From Candidatus Hermodarchaeota archaeon (GTDB taxonomy: Archaea > Asgardarchaeota > Lokiarchaeia > Sigyniarchaeales > SOKP01), in NCBI GenBank assembly GCA_048885925.1, contig JBHLLG010000025.1, positions 1 to 37,963 of the forward strand: 37,963 nt of DNA, in the 5' to 3' direction. Below the pieces are notes generated by a model. It did no database searches, was not told the DNA's origin, and saw only the letters and a program-made list of their open reading frames with translations. The first letter of the stretch is position 1, and each line of letters starts with the position of its first letter. Position numbers and translations under genes: made by a program. Shown piece by piece: positions 37,703-37,963 of this stretch.

Positions 37703-37963
37703 TCAATTAATTTTATTTTTACACACGTGACATATTGATTCACCTTCCGAAAGAATGGCACCACAATATTTGCATATTAATTCACCATTTGTTTCCTCTT
37801 TACTAGTAGGTCGTTTTTCTTGAGATTTAGGGATTAATTCTGCATCTCCAGGTGGAGTGGGTGGTATGAAAATATATGGGTATGGGAAAAATCCACCTCC
37901 CTCATCATTATCAAACTCCTTTCTCTTTCGTTTAATTTCTTCTTCTCCTTCTGCTGCCGCTTG
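37703..37963 (-). CDS. 3' end of a protein with a PYPYIFxPPxPPGD motif and C-terminal zinc ribbon (5' end off window)
   Basis: Hand translation: QAAAEGEEEIKRKRKEFDNDEGGGFFPYPYIFIPPTPPGDAELIPK...ICKYCGAILSEGESICHVCKNKIN*; 87 codons including TGA at 37703-37705. Confidence 0.85.
   Translation of the reverse strand, partial: QAAAEGEEEIKRKRKEFDNDEGGGFFPYPYIFIPPTPPGDAELIPKSQEKRPTSKEETNGELICKYCGAILSEGESICHVCKNKIN

Noticed and set aside
1-37963. tRNA, rRNA, CRISPR array, transposase or integrase
   Set aside because: No GC-rich structured island, regularly spaced repeat-spacer array or recombinase motif was seen by eye; a covariance-model scan would be needed to exclude small ncRNAs.

Overview
Very AT-rich archaeal DNA whose gene content points to an Asgard archaeon of the Lokiarchaeia type (inferred from content): a Rab-like small GTPase, a longin-like protein, an Rpn11/CSN5-like JAMM protein, a candidate BRO1-domain protein, L38e, L40e, thermosome, archaeal AspRS, Map, TruD, Pth2, a NusA-like factor and Prs. 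Two loci stand out. (1) A three-gene surface-protein block at 26002-32023 encodes a secreted protein with four acidic Ig/Calx-beta-like repeats, an M6 metalloprotease ending in a Pro-rich linker/TM helix/basic tail sorting signal and, 3 nt downstream, an exosortase/archaeosortase-like protein. In that last protein the catalytic Cys is replaced by Ser (Arg and His retained) and the enzyme domain is fused to a sequon-rich beta-propeller-like ectodomain. The block lies between an intact longin-like gene and a frameshifted copy of part of that gene's 3' half, as expected for an inserted island. (2) A GT-C glycosyltransferase is flanked by two HGSNAT-like membrane acyltransferases (634-4806). Four coding regions missed or truncated by the ORF track were recovered by hand: the GTPase (1-434), a wHTH N-terminal extension lacking a canonical start (5368-6258), rpl40e (33686-33850) and a zinc-ribbon gene end (37703-37963). 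No tRNA, rRNA, CRISPR array, transposase or integrase was seen. All family calls come from motif recognition by eye, not database searches.
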